Shown here in pieces: positions 30,500 to 40,771 of a stretch of 64,000 nt of DNA (its first letter is position 1; each line of letters opens with the position of its first letter). This stretch comes from an uncultured delta proteobacterium (GTDB taxonomy: Bacteria > Desulfobacterota > Desulfuromonadia > Geobacterales > DSM-12255). A program made the translations under genes and the position numbers. Below the pieces are notes generated by a model. That model had not been told where the DNA came from. It was given only the letters and a program-made list of their open reading frames with translations, and did no database searches. The DNA lies in contig CAWBBV010000012.1 in the NCBI GenBank assembly GCA_963787125.1, positions 160,001-224,000 on the forward strand. The letters are read 5' to 3'.

Positions 30500-31063
30500 A
30501 TGTACACAGTCGCTGACCTGAAGAAAGGACTAAAGATTATACTCGACGGTGATCCGTATCTTGTTATTGCGTTTGACTTTGCCAAACCCGGCAAAGGACA
30601 GGCTCTCTACCGGACGAAAATGCGCAACATGATAAGTGGCAGTATTCTCGACCGGACATATCGCTCTGGTGAAACCTTTGAACCGGCAAGTCTTGAAGAC
30701 AGAAAGATGCAATTTCTTTATCGGGAAGAGGATCATTACGTTTTCATGGACAATCAGAACTATGAGCAGTACCGAATGGGTGAAGAGACGGTTGGTGACG
30801 CCAAAAACTACCTTACCGACAACCTCGCGGTTGATCTGCTTCTTTTCAGTGACAAAGCTATTGCCGTTGATGTTCCCAACTTTGTCAACCTCCGTGTTAC
30901 CCAGACCGATCCCTGGGCAAAAGGTGATACTTCCGGCAGTGATTCCAAACCGGCAACGGTTGAGACCGGTTACGTCCTCCGTGTTCCCCCTTTTATTGAA
31001 GAAGGCGAGCTTATCGTCATTGATACAAGAACCGGTGAATATTCGACCCGTGTAAAGGGTTAA
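30500..31063 (+). CDS. efp: Elongation factor P
   Basis: KPGKGQA loop; KGDT...KPATVETG...DTRTGEY. Confidence 0.97.
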   Translation: MYTVADLKKGLKIILDGDPYLVIAFDFAKPGKGQALYRTKMRNMISGSILDRTYRSGETFEPASLEDRKMQFLYREEDHYVFMDNQNYEQYRMGEETVGDAKNYLTDNLAVDLLLFSDKAIAVDVPNFVNLRVTQTDPWAKGDTSGSDSKPATVETGYVLRVPPFIEEGELIVIDTRTGEYSTRVKG

Positions 31064-31074
31064 TTTAGCAGCGC

Positions 31075-31992
31075 ATGAACTGGAATCTTGCTCGCAAGAG
31101 CGCTCGACTCGCACAAAGAGCAGAGATTCTAAACAAAATTCGCAGTTTCTTCACCCAAAAGGGGTATCTGGAAATAGATACCCCTTTACTTATACCCGCC
31201 CCCGCCCCGGAAGCCCATATTGATGCAATTGCAGCCGGCAGCTCCTTCCTGCAAACCTCACCCGAACTTTGTATGAAACGCCTCCTTGCCGCCGGTTATC
31301 CGAAAATTTTTCAGATCTGCCGCTGCTGGAGAGAAGGCGAGCGCGGCTCACGCCATCTGCCGGAATTCACCATGCTGGAATGGTATCGAGCCGCTGCTGA
31401 TTATAACGATCTGATGCATGAGGCCGTCGCCTTATTGGCATACATTGCCGCAACGCTCTGTAAAGATGGCTTACTTGTGTATAAGGGAACAACAATTGAG
31501 CTGAACGGGGAGTTTGAACGAATCACAGTAAGAGAGGCATTTGCACGCTACGCGGGCACCAGTATGGAGCAGGCTCTTCGGGAAGATGACTTTGACCGGT
31601 TGATGACTGAATTCATAGAACCGCAACTTGGGCTGAAAAGGCCGACAATCATCTGCGACTACCCGGCAGAAAGAGCAGCGCTTGCCAGACTTAAAAATGA
31701 TGACCCGACGGTTGCCGAGCGATTCGAATTGTACCTGGCAGGCATAGAGCTGGCGAACGCCTTTTCCGAGCTGACAGATGAACGGATCCAGCACCAGAGA
31801 TTCCTCGAAGAGTTACAATCAAGAGCAGACCGTGGTGCTACCCCCTACCCCATGCCCGGGCCGTTCCTCGCGGAACTCCATCAAATGCCGCCATCAGCCG
31901 GGATGGCCCTCGGGATAGACCGATTGGTAATGCTGTTTACCGGCGCCGCAACAATTGATGAAGTGGTCGCATTTACTCCTGAGGAGCTTTAG
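31075..31992 (+). CDS. epmA: EF-P lysine aminoacylase GenX
   Basis: LQTSPELCMKRLLA, HLPEFTMLEWY, GMALGIDRL; adjacent to efp. Confidence 0.95.
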   Translation: MNWNLARKSARLAQRAEILNKIRSFFTQKGYLEIDTPLLIPAPAPEAHIDAIAAGSSFLQTSPELCMKRLLAAGYPKIFQICRCWREGERGSRHLPEFTMLEWYRAAADYNDLMHEAVALLAYIAATLCKDGLLVYKGTTIELNGEFERITVREAFARYAGTSMEQALREDDFDRLMTEFIEPQLGLKRPTIICDYPAERAALARLKNDDPTVAERFELYLAGIELANAFSELTDERIQHQRFLEELQSRADRGATPYPMPGPFLAELHQMPPSAGMALGIDRLVMLFTGAATIDEVVAFTPEEL

Positions 31993-32002
31993 TTGCAGGA
32001 GC

Positions 32003-32374
32003 TCACTTGCACTTTACAACCAAGCTGGCAAGATAGATTTTGTCTTTGTCGTAAATAGTCAGTGACCTTGTATCTGTACAGGTTTTACCGTTCAGATTAT
32101 AAGCCAGATCAGTGCTTACATAGGTATCTTTTGACATCTGACACGCTAAAGTCCTCCGTTCAAAAACGTCATCCTTTATGTTATCAAGGGTAATCTTTGA
32201 TACTTTACATAAGAACCTATCCACATAAAACTGCAGGTCTTTATCCCCGGCCACGGAGAGTTGTTGAAACCTCCCATCCACCCCACTCCAACCAACCGAC
32301 CACTCAGCTCCTGATGCACATGTTGCCGATAAACTCATAACCATTGTCATGCAGAGCATGTTCAGTCTCTTCAT
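32003..32374 (-). CDS. Hypothetical secreted protein
   Basis: Signal peptide, AAGGAG upstream, four Cys in mature part. Confidence 0.65.
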   Translation of the reverse strand: MKRLNMLCMTMVMSLSATCASGAEWSVGWSGVDGRFQQLSVAGDKDLQFYVDRFLCKVSKITLDNIKDDVFERRTLACQMSKDTYVSTDLAYNLNGKTCTDTRSLTIYDKDKIYLASLVVKCK

Positions 32375-33196
32375 GTAAGCTCTCCTTCGGATCAGCAGCG
32401 ATTGTCCAGGAGCCTGTCGAATACTCCACCTGTGCTCATATTAATAGAATAATCAGTCAGTATCTTTTTTTGGTATGGTCCATAAAAAATAGCTATTCGA
32501 GTTAAATACCGTGGGTTAGCCTTTGTATCAGTCAGTGCTGGTTTTATTGACATTATATGCCTCCACGTTCCCGATTAGAAATTGAGCTTCAACTAAATAC
32601 GAGTAAAAATAATCATATTACCACTACATCAGCTCTAATCTCATTAAAGCATACAACATGCCAGATTTCGGCCATGCTTATAGATATGTGCTAATCAGCA
32701 CTCGACATCCTATCCCTTGAGCCCTCTACTCCTATATTGCCAACATGATGTTTGATTTAGGTGATGGGGGGGGTCTGCTTCGGCATTAACTGACTTTCTG
32801 ATAATTACCCTCTCAGGATTCCTGATTATATATAAAATGAAAACGTTCTAGAGTAAGGTAACTTGTAATGATCAGTTACAAATTAAGCATGCTGTGGCTC
32901 TCAAATTAGGCACTCAGGCTGTCATTTTACTATATGCATACATAGACTTACCTTTATGTAGTGAGCATCTTCAATAGGCTAACTGAGCTATATTGCAATC
33001 TTCGTTTTTACTGGAATTTCTGCACAGAAAAAGCTCTGGACAGCGCCTTGAGCCAGCGCCAGTCTCCAAAATTTTAGTTTTTACAATATTTTCAGCGAGT
33101 TACGGCGAATCTTACCTAGTTATAGAGAAGTGGTGACTCCTACTAATATACTAAGTAATACTGAATATTATTTGTGTATTATATAGCAACATAGAA

Positions 33197-33215
33197 GAAG
33201 AGCTCTAAGCTCTTC
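33197..33215 (-). terminator. Hairpin downstream of the polymerase-like gene
   Basis: GAAGAGCT-CTA-AGCTCTTC. Confidence 0.5.
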
Positions 33216-33230
33216 ATCATATCTGAGTTA

Positions 33231-34626
33231 TTATTTAATTGAAATTATATTAGTGAAATCATCTGATTGCTCTATTAATTCTAATTTAATGGTAGGTTTA
33301 TATTTTAATTTATATTTAATTCTATTTGCATGATTACATATATTAGAACATACGTTATCTCGTTGCTCTTGTTTAATTTTAATTATACTATTGATTGTTT
33401 CAGGAATTTTACTTTTAAATTTATTATGTAGTTCAATATTCAATTTGCTAAATAAATTATGTTTTATTGATTTATATGTTTCTATAAATATATTATATTT
33501 ACTTTTATTCAAATTTATTTTAATTGCATCTATTGCATGTGGATTTATTGAAATATATTTAATATTGAATTTAATTAATTCATTAATTGTTTTAGTATAG
33601 AAGTGCCACATTTTATCTTTTACATATTCACCATCTTGAATTATACAAATAACTGAATCATGTACAGTTAATATTGGTTTGTTATTTTTAGTGAAATGAT
33701 CTATTAATTTTTCTACAATACAAGAATCATAGTACTGAAGTTTAGTTCCGTAATCGTTAGCTATTTCACCTGCAATGGGTCTATGTTTTAGCTTAAGCAA
33801 TTTAAGTTTATCGTATATTGGTTGATGATTATTGAGTTTATACTTACTCAGTAGGCCATCTTTCCTTAATTCATCGAATACAGCAGAAGCTGTTTTCTCT
33901 TCACTCTCAGCGTTAAATGCAGTTAGCAATATCAGCTTATTGAGATCCCTGTCCGGTACTCCATCATCCAGAGAATAGGCATCCTCGTTGAGATCAGCAT
34001 AATTGATACCCTTCAGGGCATAAAGTAAGTGTACGTGTATTCCAGAGTAGTCTAATTCTATGGTTGGCTTACGGTTAATCGTAATATATTTTCGTACAAT
34101 TCCAGGCGCACCAATCCACCACGCTCCATAGTATCTGCCGCCGTTATTCAGTACTCCGTTGTTAAATACTCTGTAAACTCCTTTATCTGCAAGCCGTAAT
34201 ATATATCTCTTGCCTTTCTTCATATCAGTCAATCTTTCCACTAATGCATCACGATCCTTAGTGGTCATGCACTCGACATCGACATCAATATTTGTTCTTT
34301 CTAGTAAACTGTTGTATCGCTCAATTACTTTAATCATTCTCCTAGTAGTAGGGTTATCGGGACACTTCATAGGCGGCTTGATGATCTTGGTTTTAATCTT
34401 GCCCTTGTAAAGATACGGCTCAGACTCCACCTTTGGCCCCTTAAGCTTAATGAGATCTTCAGATTTAAACTTGGATATCATCTCTGGTGTAATCTTGTAT
34501 TCATCCCATAGGTCAGCAAGGGCCTTTTTTGCCCTCATTCGACTAACATAAGTGAAGTGCTCCCCAAGTTCCTGATTGTAGAAATAACCTCCTATGTGAT
34601 CCTCAACAAAATTCAAACTCTGTAAA
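33231..34626 (-). pseudogene. Family-A polymerase-like protein, 5'-truncated by IS1380
   Basis: GGRYY, ELDYSGIH (motif A), RDLNK (motif B), LQYYDS, VHDS (motif C); frame open up to the IS end; AT-rich. Confidence 0.7.
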
Positions 34627-36300
34627 CCCGAATCCGCAAATCTCTGCCGGACACATTCAGGCAGCGTGAGTTCGGGGGTATTTTTTCAGTGAGCTCCCTT
34701 TGATGGGAGTCGAAAACACATATTTTCTCTAAAATTCAAAAAGTGACGCGCTATTTGCCTCTTCAGACGATGTTTTTTGCCGGACTGAAGACGAACTGCC
34801 CCCTTGTTCTTGCTTTTTTGTTCTTTGACAATCTCGTTTTCAGCTTTTCTTTAGCAGGTTACCGGCTGAAGCCTGCCGATTCTTGCCTGAATCCTGTCAG
34901 GGCGAAGTTTCTCCAGCCACCAGCCGTTGACTTTCAGCAGGCTCTTGCGGGCATGATTGACCACGATTGCCGCACTACGCAGCAGATAATCCTGAATGGT
35001 CTTGATCCGCCGCCGTACCGGTGTTAAGTGACTGTCCATCTCTCCGTCACCAGCTTCATCCCGCCACTGCTGACCCAGCAGGATAAGCAGGTTGTAGGCC
35101 ATGGTCCCCAAGGTAAGGAATACTTCGTTGACACTGAAGGTCTGGGAGGGGAGTCGCTCCAGATCCAGGTCGTGCTTGAGTTCCTTGTTCGCTTCTTCTG
35201 CAGCTCCACGCCCCCGATAGAGTTCGAATGCCCGCTGCGGGGTGACTTCTTTGGGTAGATTGGTGGCCAGTATGTGGTAGCGGACGTCATTGAGCAGCAG
35301 TGGCTGTCCTTTCTCGTCTACGGACTTGATCTGAACACAGAAGACGAAACGGCGGGGAGTTTTCCAGCCGCTTGGGGTGTACTCGAATTCTCCGTAAAAC
35401 TCGCCGCCGAAGTCAGTGACTTTGAGGCTCATAACATCGACATCGAGATTCTCGTTTACCACTCGATCCAATGCGCCGCTGGCTCGGGCCTTGACCAGAT
35501 AGTATGCTTTAGCATCTTCGCTGGCTTGAACAGTTTTGATGCTGTAAAGCCCGGCATCGTAGCGAAACAGGAGCTTGTTCCGATCTATTTTCTCGGGGAG
35601 CAGCTCTGCCGTTTCCCTGATGAATTCGTCAATCCGTTCAACAGCTTTCTCTCTGCCTGGCAACAGCCAGTGATTGATGCAGAACCGTTCGCGCCCGAGA
35701 ACTGCAAATACAGGGGTGTAGCAAAGTTTACCGTTGTAAGTGGTTTGAACCCCTTCCCGTTTGGGAGCAAATTGCTCGAAGATACTCGGGTCAATGTCGC
35801 AGGGAATATAGCCTTCAGCCCCCGGTTCAGCTGTGATGCTTGCTTGGGAAACAATCTTTGCGCCGACCCGCTTGAGACCGGTTATTTCCTCTTTGCCATA
35901 TTTCTCCAGATGCATGGCAACAGCTCGCTCTTTGGGGAGTTTGCCAAAGCCGAGCGATTTCTTGAGCAGTTTCTCTTCCCGTGCCAGCCAGGCAAGATCA
36001 GTGTAGCTGGTCCGGCGTAAGGAAATGTTTAGTAACAGCGGGATTAGATGTTCCTCTTCCCGGAAGCCGTAGTCGATCTTCTTGACCCGCACTTCGTTTC
36101 TGATGGCTCGAATCAGATCGAGACGGCGTATGAGGGTGGTGAGCAGCTCCAATCCTGCTACGGAAGTTAGCGTCTGTCGGGCTGCTACATACTGAAAACC
36201 GAGATTGTCTTTCACCATTCGGGTGAGCTCCTTCACTACAATTATGTGAAGGATTATAGCATGTTACACTATATTAACCCAATAGTTTTGCGGATTGGGG
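34627..36300 (-). mobile_element. IS1380-family element copy 2 (uninterrupted)
   Basis: Same IRs and identical transposase protein as copy 1; flanks belong to unrelated genes. Confidence 0.94.
34851..36236 (-). CDS. IS1380-family transposase
   Basis: Protein identical to 3177..4562. Confidence 0.9.
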   Translation of the reverse strand: MKELTRMVKDNLGFQYVAARQTLTSVAGLELLTTLIRRLDLIRAIRNEVRVKKIDYGFREEEHLIPLLLNISLRRTSYTDLAWLAREEKLLKKSLGFGKLPKERAVAMHLEKYGKEEITGLKRVGAKIVSQASITAEPGAEGYIPCDIDPSIFEQFAPKREGVQTTYNGKLCYTPVFAVLGRERFCINHWLLPGREKAVERIDEFIRETAELLPEKIDRNKLLFRYDAGLYSIKTVQASEDAKAYYLVKARASGALDRVVNENLDVDVMSLKVTDFGGEFYGEFEYTPSGWKTPRRFVFCVQIKSVDEKGQPLLLNDVRYHILATNLPKEVTPQRAFELYRGRGAAEEANKELKHDLDLERLPSQTFSVNEVFLTLGTMAYNLLILLGQQWRDEAGDGEMDSHLTPVRRRIKTIQDYLLRSAAIVVNHARKSLLKVNGWWLEKLRPDRIQARIGRLQPVTC

Positions 36301-37058
36301 ATAAAAGATACCTTCCCCTGCTCCGGTTTGCCTGAATCTCCGGAGGGGAGAGCTTCAGCCAGAAGAGCACCCTTTGACATGGCGTTTCTTGCTTTGGCAA
36401 GTTCAGGTTCAGGAATATTGAACGAAACTGCTATGGGTGTCAGCTGGTTGATCGTCACCAGGGAAAGGGTGTCGTTCGCCTTGACCACATTGCCGGCAGT
36501 TATCAACAGGTTGCCGGTACGGCCTGTTATCGGTGAGCGGATAGTGCAGTAGGAGAGCTGAACCTTCAGAGAATCAATATTGGCCTGCTGCGATGCCAGA
36601 TCGGCCTCAAGAGACTCAGCTGAAGTCCGGTAGACATCATACTGCTCGGCTGTAACGATACCGTCTTTAACCAGCTTTCCATATCTCTCTGTATTTGTCC
36701 TGGCATTTGCAAGCTGCGCCTTGATCCTGGCAAGATCCGCCTCACCTTTTTTAATGGCGGCTTCGGAAGGGCGTGAATCAATAGTAAAAAGAACTTCACC
36801 TTTGACTACATCCTGGCCCTCTTTAAAGTGAACTTTCTTGATTTCACCGTTGACCATTGACTTGATGCTTACCTGGGCAAGGGCTTCCACATTGCCGATG
36901 GCCTCCAGATATACCGGTACCGTTTTTATCACTGCCGTAGCAATTACTACCGGCGCCGGCGGCCTCCCTTTTGGCTTTTCCGATCCTTTTCCTTTGCCAC
37001 ATGAAACCGTAGCCAGAATTATAGCAACTAGAACCAGACTTCTTCCCCTAAACTTCAC
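36301..37058 (-). pseudogene. RND efflux periplasmic adaptor (MdtA-like), 3'-truncated by IS1380
   Basis: Lipoprotein signal, lipoyl/hairpin motifs (IRSPITGRTG); breaks at GKVSFI and reads into IS-derived PNPQNYWVNIV. Confidence 0.9.
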
Positions 37059-38548
37059 TATTTCACCTCTTTGTAAAGCGCGTCAGATCCTGCCGAATCA
37101 ATTTTGATACCTTCACGTTCGAGCAGTTCACCAGTGGATTTCCAGTACTGATTGACCGAAGTTGCATAAAGGACTTCAGCCTTGATCTGATTCGCCCGGG
37201 CAGTGGCAAGATCATTTTCCACATCAAGAAGATCCTTGGTAGTTGCCAGGCCGACTTCACTCTTCTTCAAATAGGCCTTTACCCGCTCATCAGCATAAAG
37301 CCTGGCTCTGTCAGCCACATCAAGCTGCTTGTAGCTGGAGTTAACGGCTCGAATAGCGATTTTTACCTCATTCTCAATGGAGGATTTAAGACTGTTTATC
37401 TGCACTGTTGTCTGATCAACCTTCAAGCGACTTTTTACATAATCACTCTCAGCTGCCTGATTCCCCAGCGGATAATCGAGCTGGATTCCGACACTCCAGT
37501 AAGGATAATCAAGCGAGCCGAGACGCTCATTATTGCGCCCGTAATCCTTGTCAATACCGGTGAGGCCGACTGTTGAAACAAGATTGAGTGACGGCTTGGT
37601 CATGTTTTTTGCGACTGCCGCCTGGAGTTCGTACCCTTTCAGCTGACTCCTGAGTTCATCTATTTCGGGCCTGACTGAAAGTGCACTCTTCAAAGCATCC
37701 TCTTCATTCATGGTAATTGTTGCCCGGTCAGGTTTGTCTGTGGTTTCTATCTCACTGAATTTATCCAGGCGGATAAGCTGGGAAAGTATATCAACCTGAT
37801 CATTGACCAGCTTTTCGGCATCGATTAGCTCCTTTTGCCGGGAAGAAACACCAAACTGGGCGTTTAGTATCTCCATAGCCGGGAGAACACCCGCCTTTAC
37901 CCTCGCTTCTGTGTCGGAAAGAACTTTTTGGGCAAGTTCAAGGGAAGTTTTTCTCGAATCAAGGTCCTCACGGTAGCTGACAAGTCGGAAATACTCGGTC
38001 CGAACCTGGGCAACAGTTGTCAGAATCCGGCTTTTAAGATGAATCAGGGAGGTCTCCTTGGAAACTTCTGAAACCTTAATTCCAAGCTCGGTTGATTCTC
38101 TGCCGAAATTTTTCAGTAACGGCTGGCTCAGGGTAAGCCCGAGGGTGGAGTTCCAGAAAGAACCGAGAGCCGGAGCCGCTACCGTACTGTTGGTCTCCTT
38201 GGCATTCTGGTAGTTAACAGCAAGAGTTCCGCCTGACGGCAACAGTTGGAAGGCTCCTGGAGTAATCCTGAAAGTGCTTTGATCATAGCTTTTGCCTAAA
38301 CCGGGAGAATAGAGTCTTGAATCCTTGTAGGAAGAGTCGAGCGTTAAATGGAGTTCGTAAATGGCGCGATTTTTTCTGACATCGGCCTCCGCCTGGGCAG
38401 GATTGTAGAGCTCTGCCTTCAAATCAAGGTTACGTTCAAGGGAGAGTTTGACCGCCTCTTTCAAGGAGAGTTTCAGCGGGACATTCTCTGCCGAAACAGT
38501 AGTGATGAAGAGCAGGTTTAACAGTAGCGGTACAGTATACTTTTTCAC
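37058..38548 (-). CDS. TolC-family outer-membrane efflux protein
   Basis: LSLKEAVKLSLERNLDL, LSQPLLKNFG; GTG start with GGAGG. Confidence 0.9.
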   Translation of the reverse strand: MKKYTVPLLLNLLFITTVSAENVPLKLSLKEAVKLSLERNLDLKAELYNPAQAEADVRKNRAIYELHLTLDSSYKDSRLYSPGLGKSYDQSTFRITPGAFQLLPSGGTLAVNYQNAKETNSTVAAPALGSFWNSTLGLTLSQPLLKNFGRESTELGIKVSEVSKETSLIHLKSRILTTVAQVRTEYFRLVSYREDLDSRKTSLELAQKVLSDTEARVKAGVLPAMEILNAQFGVSSRQKELIDAEKLVNDQVDILSQLIRLDKFSEIETTDKPDRATITMNEEDALKSALSVRPEIDELRSQLKGYELQAAVAKNMTKPSLNLVSTVGLTGIDKDYGRNNERLGSLDYPYWSVGIQLDYPLGNQAAESDYVKSRLKVDQTTVQINSLKSSIENEVKIAIRAVNSSYKQLDVADRARLYADERVKAYLKKSEVGLATTKDLLDVENDLATARANQIKAEVLYATSVNQYWKSTGELLEREGIKIDSAGSDALYKEVK

Positions 38549-38869
38549 GTGGGAACCTCCAGCGGTGGTACAGGGCAAATTTAGTCAGTCTGCTGATTAT
38601 CTTGAGAAAAGGGGGTGGTGTCAAGCGATTATAAAGTTTTCAAGGAAGTTGTTCTCTATACTGTAGAAGCTTTACAGGGGTACTTAATAACTGTGACCGG
38701 GTACGGACGGTCCTCTGGCAAAAAACACAATGTTCAAAAGTAATTCTCTCTTTTGACCTTTCTAAAAACTGTAACTGGATAGCCGCTAAGGCTGGTTTAC
38801 GGCATGGATTCGGGGGTTGTTATTGGCTTTCACTTGCTTTCGCAGGTTTTTGGAGTTTGATAACGTCTT

Positions 38870-40771
38870 TCACCTCTTCCCTATTTCACTCAGAAGTTGT
38901 GCCAGTAAAACCCGTTCTTCCTTTGTCAACAATCTGTCCTTATAGAGTGCCTCGCTATAGATATCGACAAAGCGCCTGACCGCCGCATTATCAATAGACT
39001 TCACCGCTTCATGCAGACCTGATGAAGGACGGATATCGACCCCGTAGTTAATCAGAACAATCTGCTTGAACCTTTTTAACAGCCGCTCTTCAGCTGTCAC
39101 GCGTCTACTGGTTACAAGGAGAAAGCTTCCGTAGAGAAGCAGTAACCAGATGGCTGTCAGCACGATTTTACGAGTCGGGACTTTTGCCGCACGTAGCTCT
39201 TTGATCTCTGCACCTGCCCGACTGGCAGCGTTAAACTGACTTTCGAAGTCGTACGTGATAACCAATCTGTTCCAATAGTAGGAAAGCGAGTCAAAGAAGA
39301 GCCGCAGTCGCAGTTCATTTGCTGAGTGTTTTTTGGAAAAACCCTCTTCGAAATTCACGGCATAACGACTCGGATCAACATTCGTCCAGCCGCTTTTTCC
39401 CAACCAGACCTCAACCCAGACGTGAGCCCTCTCTTCGGTAACAATGTAGTAACCAGCCATCTCGTTGTAGTCGCCGCCATAATAGCCCCCCACAAGCCGT
39501 GAAGGGATCCCTCCCAGCCTGAGAGCTGTGGCAAAGGCTATGGCAAACAGTTCACAGTGACCTTTTTTGCCATCAAAAAGAAATTTATCGACGGCATCAG
39601 CTCCTGTCGGCAGACCGCTGGCGGCATAGGAAAGTTTCAGAGCTGCAAAAACTCTTTCTAGTGCTTCATATTTTTCCTGATCATTTTGAATCCCTGTAAT
39701 TGCCCGTGAAACAAGACTCTTCAGGCGCTGAGGCGGGTACTCTGGAGGAGTGGAGTAGAAATTAGTGTTCAGCTTGCCAACGGTGGCAAGATTGGCTCCC
39801 GCTCTTGAAATAACTTGATAGCTCCGTCTGCCCCCTGTCAAACCTGACGCCGTGAAAATCCGGTCATTCTGAGCCGCGCCGCGAAAGCCAATGAGTTTTT
39901 CAGGCAGATTCAATGTCGGCAGATATTGGAGCCTTCCCGGCTCAAGGAAGAAATTTTGCGTAACCTCGTCCCCTTGGCGGCTGATATTTTTTTCCGGCGG
40001 CGGTGTCTGCCGGATCCAGCTTTCATCCTTGATTGTATTTAGAACAATGGCGCGCCAGTAGAGATTGTTTAGTGGTTGTTTAGGCATTTCTGCCCTGAAG
40101 ACGATTCCGCTACCGCTGCTGATACTGCTTTTCTCACCTGCTTTAACGGTTTCACTGATGCCGCTTTTCTCTGCACCGGCTCTTGACAGGCCGTGCCAGA
40201 GAGGTAGCTGGGTGCGTGGAAGGATAAAAAAGAGGATGAAGATCATAGGTGTAGCTAAGAGCGGCAGCAGTAAAGCCACTGTTAGTATGGAACGAAGCTC
40301 TTTTTTATCTGGAGTGAAACCGGAGGCGTTGCTCTCGAAGGTAAGCAGCACCATTGAGACGGTAAATGTAAGCAACAACAGAACCAGAAAAAGGATAAAA
40401 CCGGGGCTCAGGTTGTACAGTGTTGAAGCGGCAAGACAGAAAAGTGACAGTGTCAGCGTCTGGAGGAAGTTTCTTGTAGATTTCTCAGATGCTACCCGGA
40501 TTGCCAGAAAAATGACGAGCATGTTTACGGCCGGTTCGACCAGGTTGTAACGACTGAATTGCATAAAATAGATGAGAAAACAGCCGATTGAAGCAACCAG
40601 TGCTGCCCTCCCCTTCAGCTCTAAACCACGGCGGTCTGCCACAACTGCATAAAGAACAGCAGCTGGCAGAGCAGCTCTTGGAAACGGCTGTAAATAGGGG
40701 GCCAGCGGCAGATAACCGAGTGTAGTGGCAAAATAGAGGAGAATGTTGAGAATATTTTTAAGACGCAGCAT
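38870..40771 (-). CDS. Membrane transglutaminase-like protein (DUF3488/TgpA type)
   Basis: N-terminal TM block, GHCELFA, AHVWVEVW, VDPS. Confidence 0.9.
   Translation of the reverse strand: MLRLKNILNILLYFATTLGYLPLAPYLQPFPRAALPAAVLYAVVADRRGLELKGRAALVASIGCFLIYFMQFSRYNLVEPAVNMLVIFLAIRVASEKSTRNFLQTLTLSLFCLAASTLYNLSPGFILFLVLLLLTFTVSMVLLTFESNASGFTPDKKELRSILTVALLLPLLATPMIFILFFILPRTQLPLWHGLSRAGAEKSGISETVKAGEKSSISSGSGIVFRAEMPKQPLNNLYWRAIVLNTIKDESWIRQTPPPEKNISRQGDEVTQNFFLEPGRLQYLPTLNLPEKLIGFRGAAQNDRIFTASGLTGGRRSYQVISRAGANLATVGKLNTNFYSTPPEYPPQRLKSLVSRAITGIQNDQEKYEALERVFAALKLSYAASGLPTGADAVDKFLFDGKKGHCELFAIAFATALRLGGIPSRLVGGYYGGDYNEMAGYYIVTEERAHVWVEVWLGKSGWTNVDPSRYAVNFEEGFSKKHSANELRLRLFFDSLSYYWNRLVITYDFESQFNAASRAGAEIKELRAAKVPTRKIVLTAIWLLLLYGSFLLVTSRRVTAEERLLKRFKQIVLINYGVDIRPSSGLHEAVKSIDNAAVRRFVDIYSEALYKDRLLTKEERVLLAQLLSEIGKR

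Noticed and set aside
31993..32500. tRNA or att site at the left edge of the AT-rich island
   Set aside because: No cloverleaf, T-loop motif or direct repeat recognisable by eye
6126..34626. Past inversion between the two IS1380 copies (both show a TTTAT flank)
   Set aside because: The gene across copy 1 rejoins in frame, and joining the adaptor to the 6130 flank does not give an adaptor sequence
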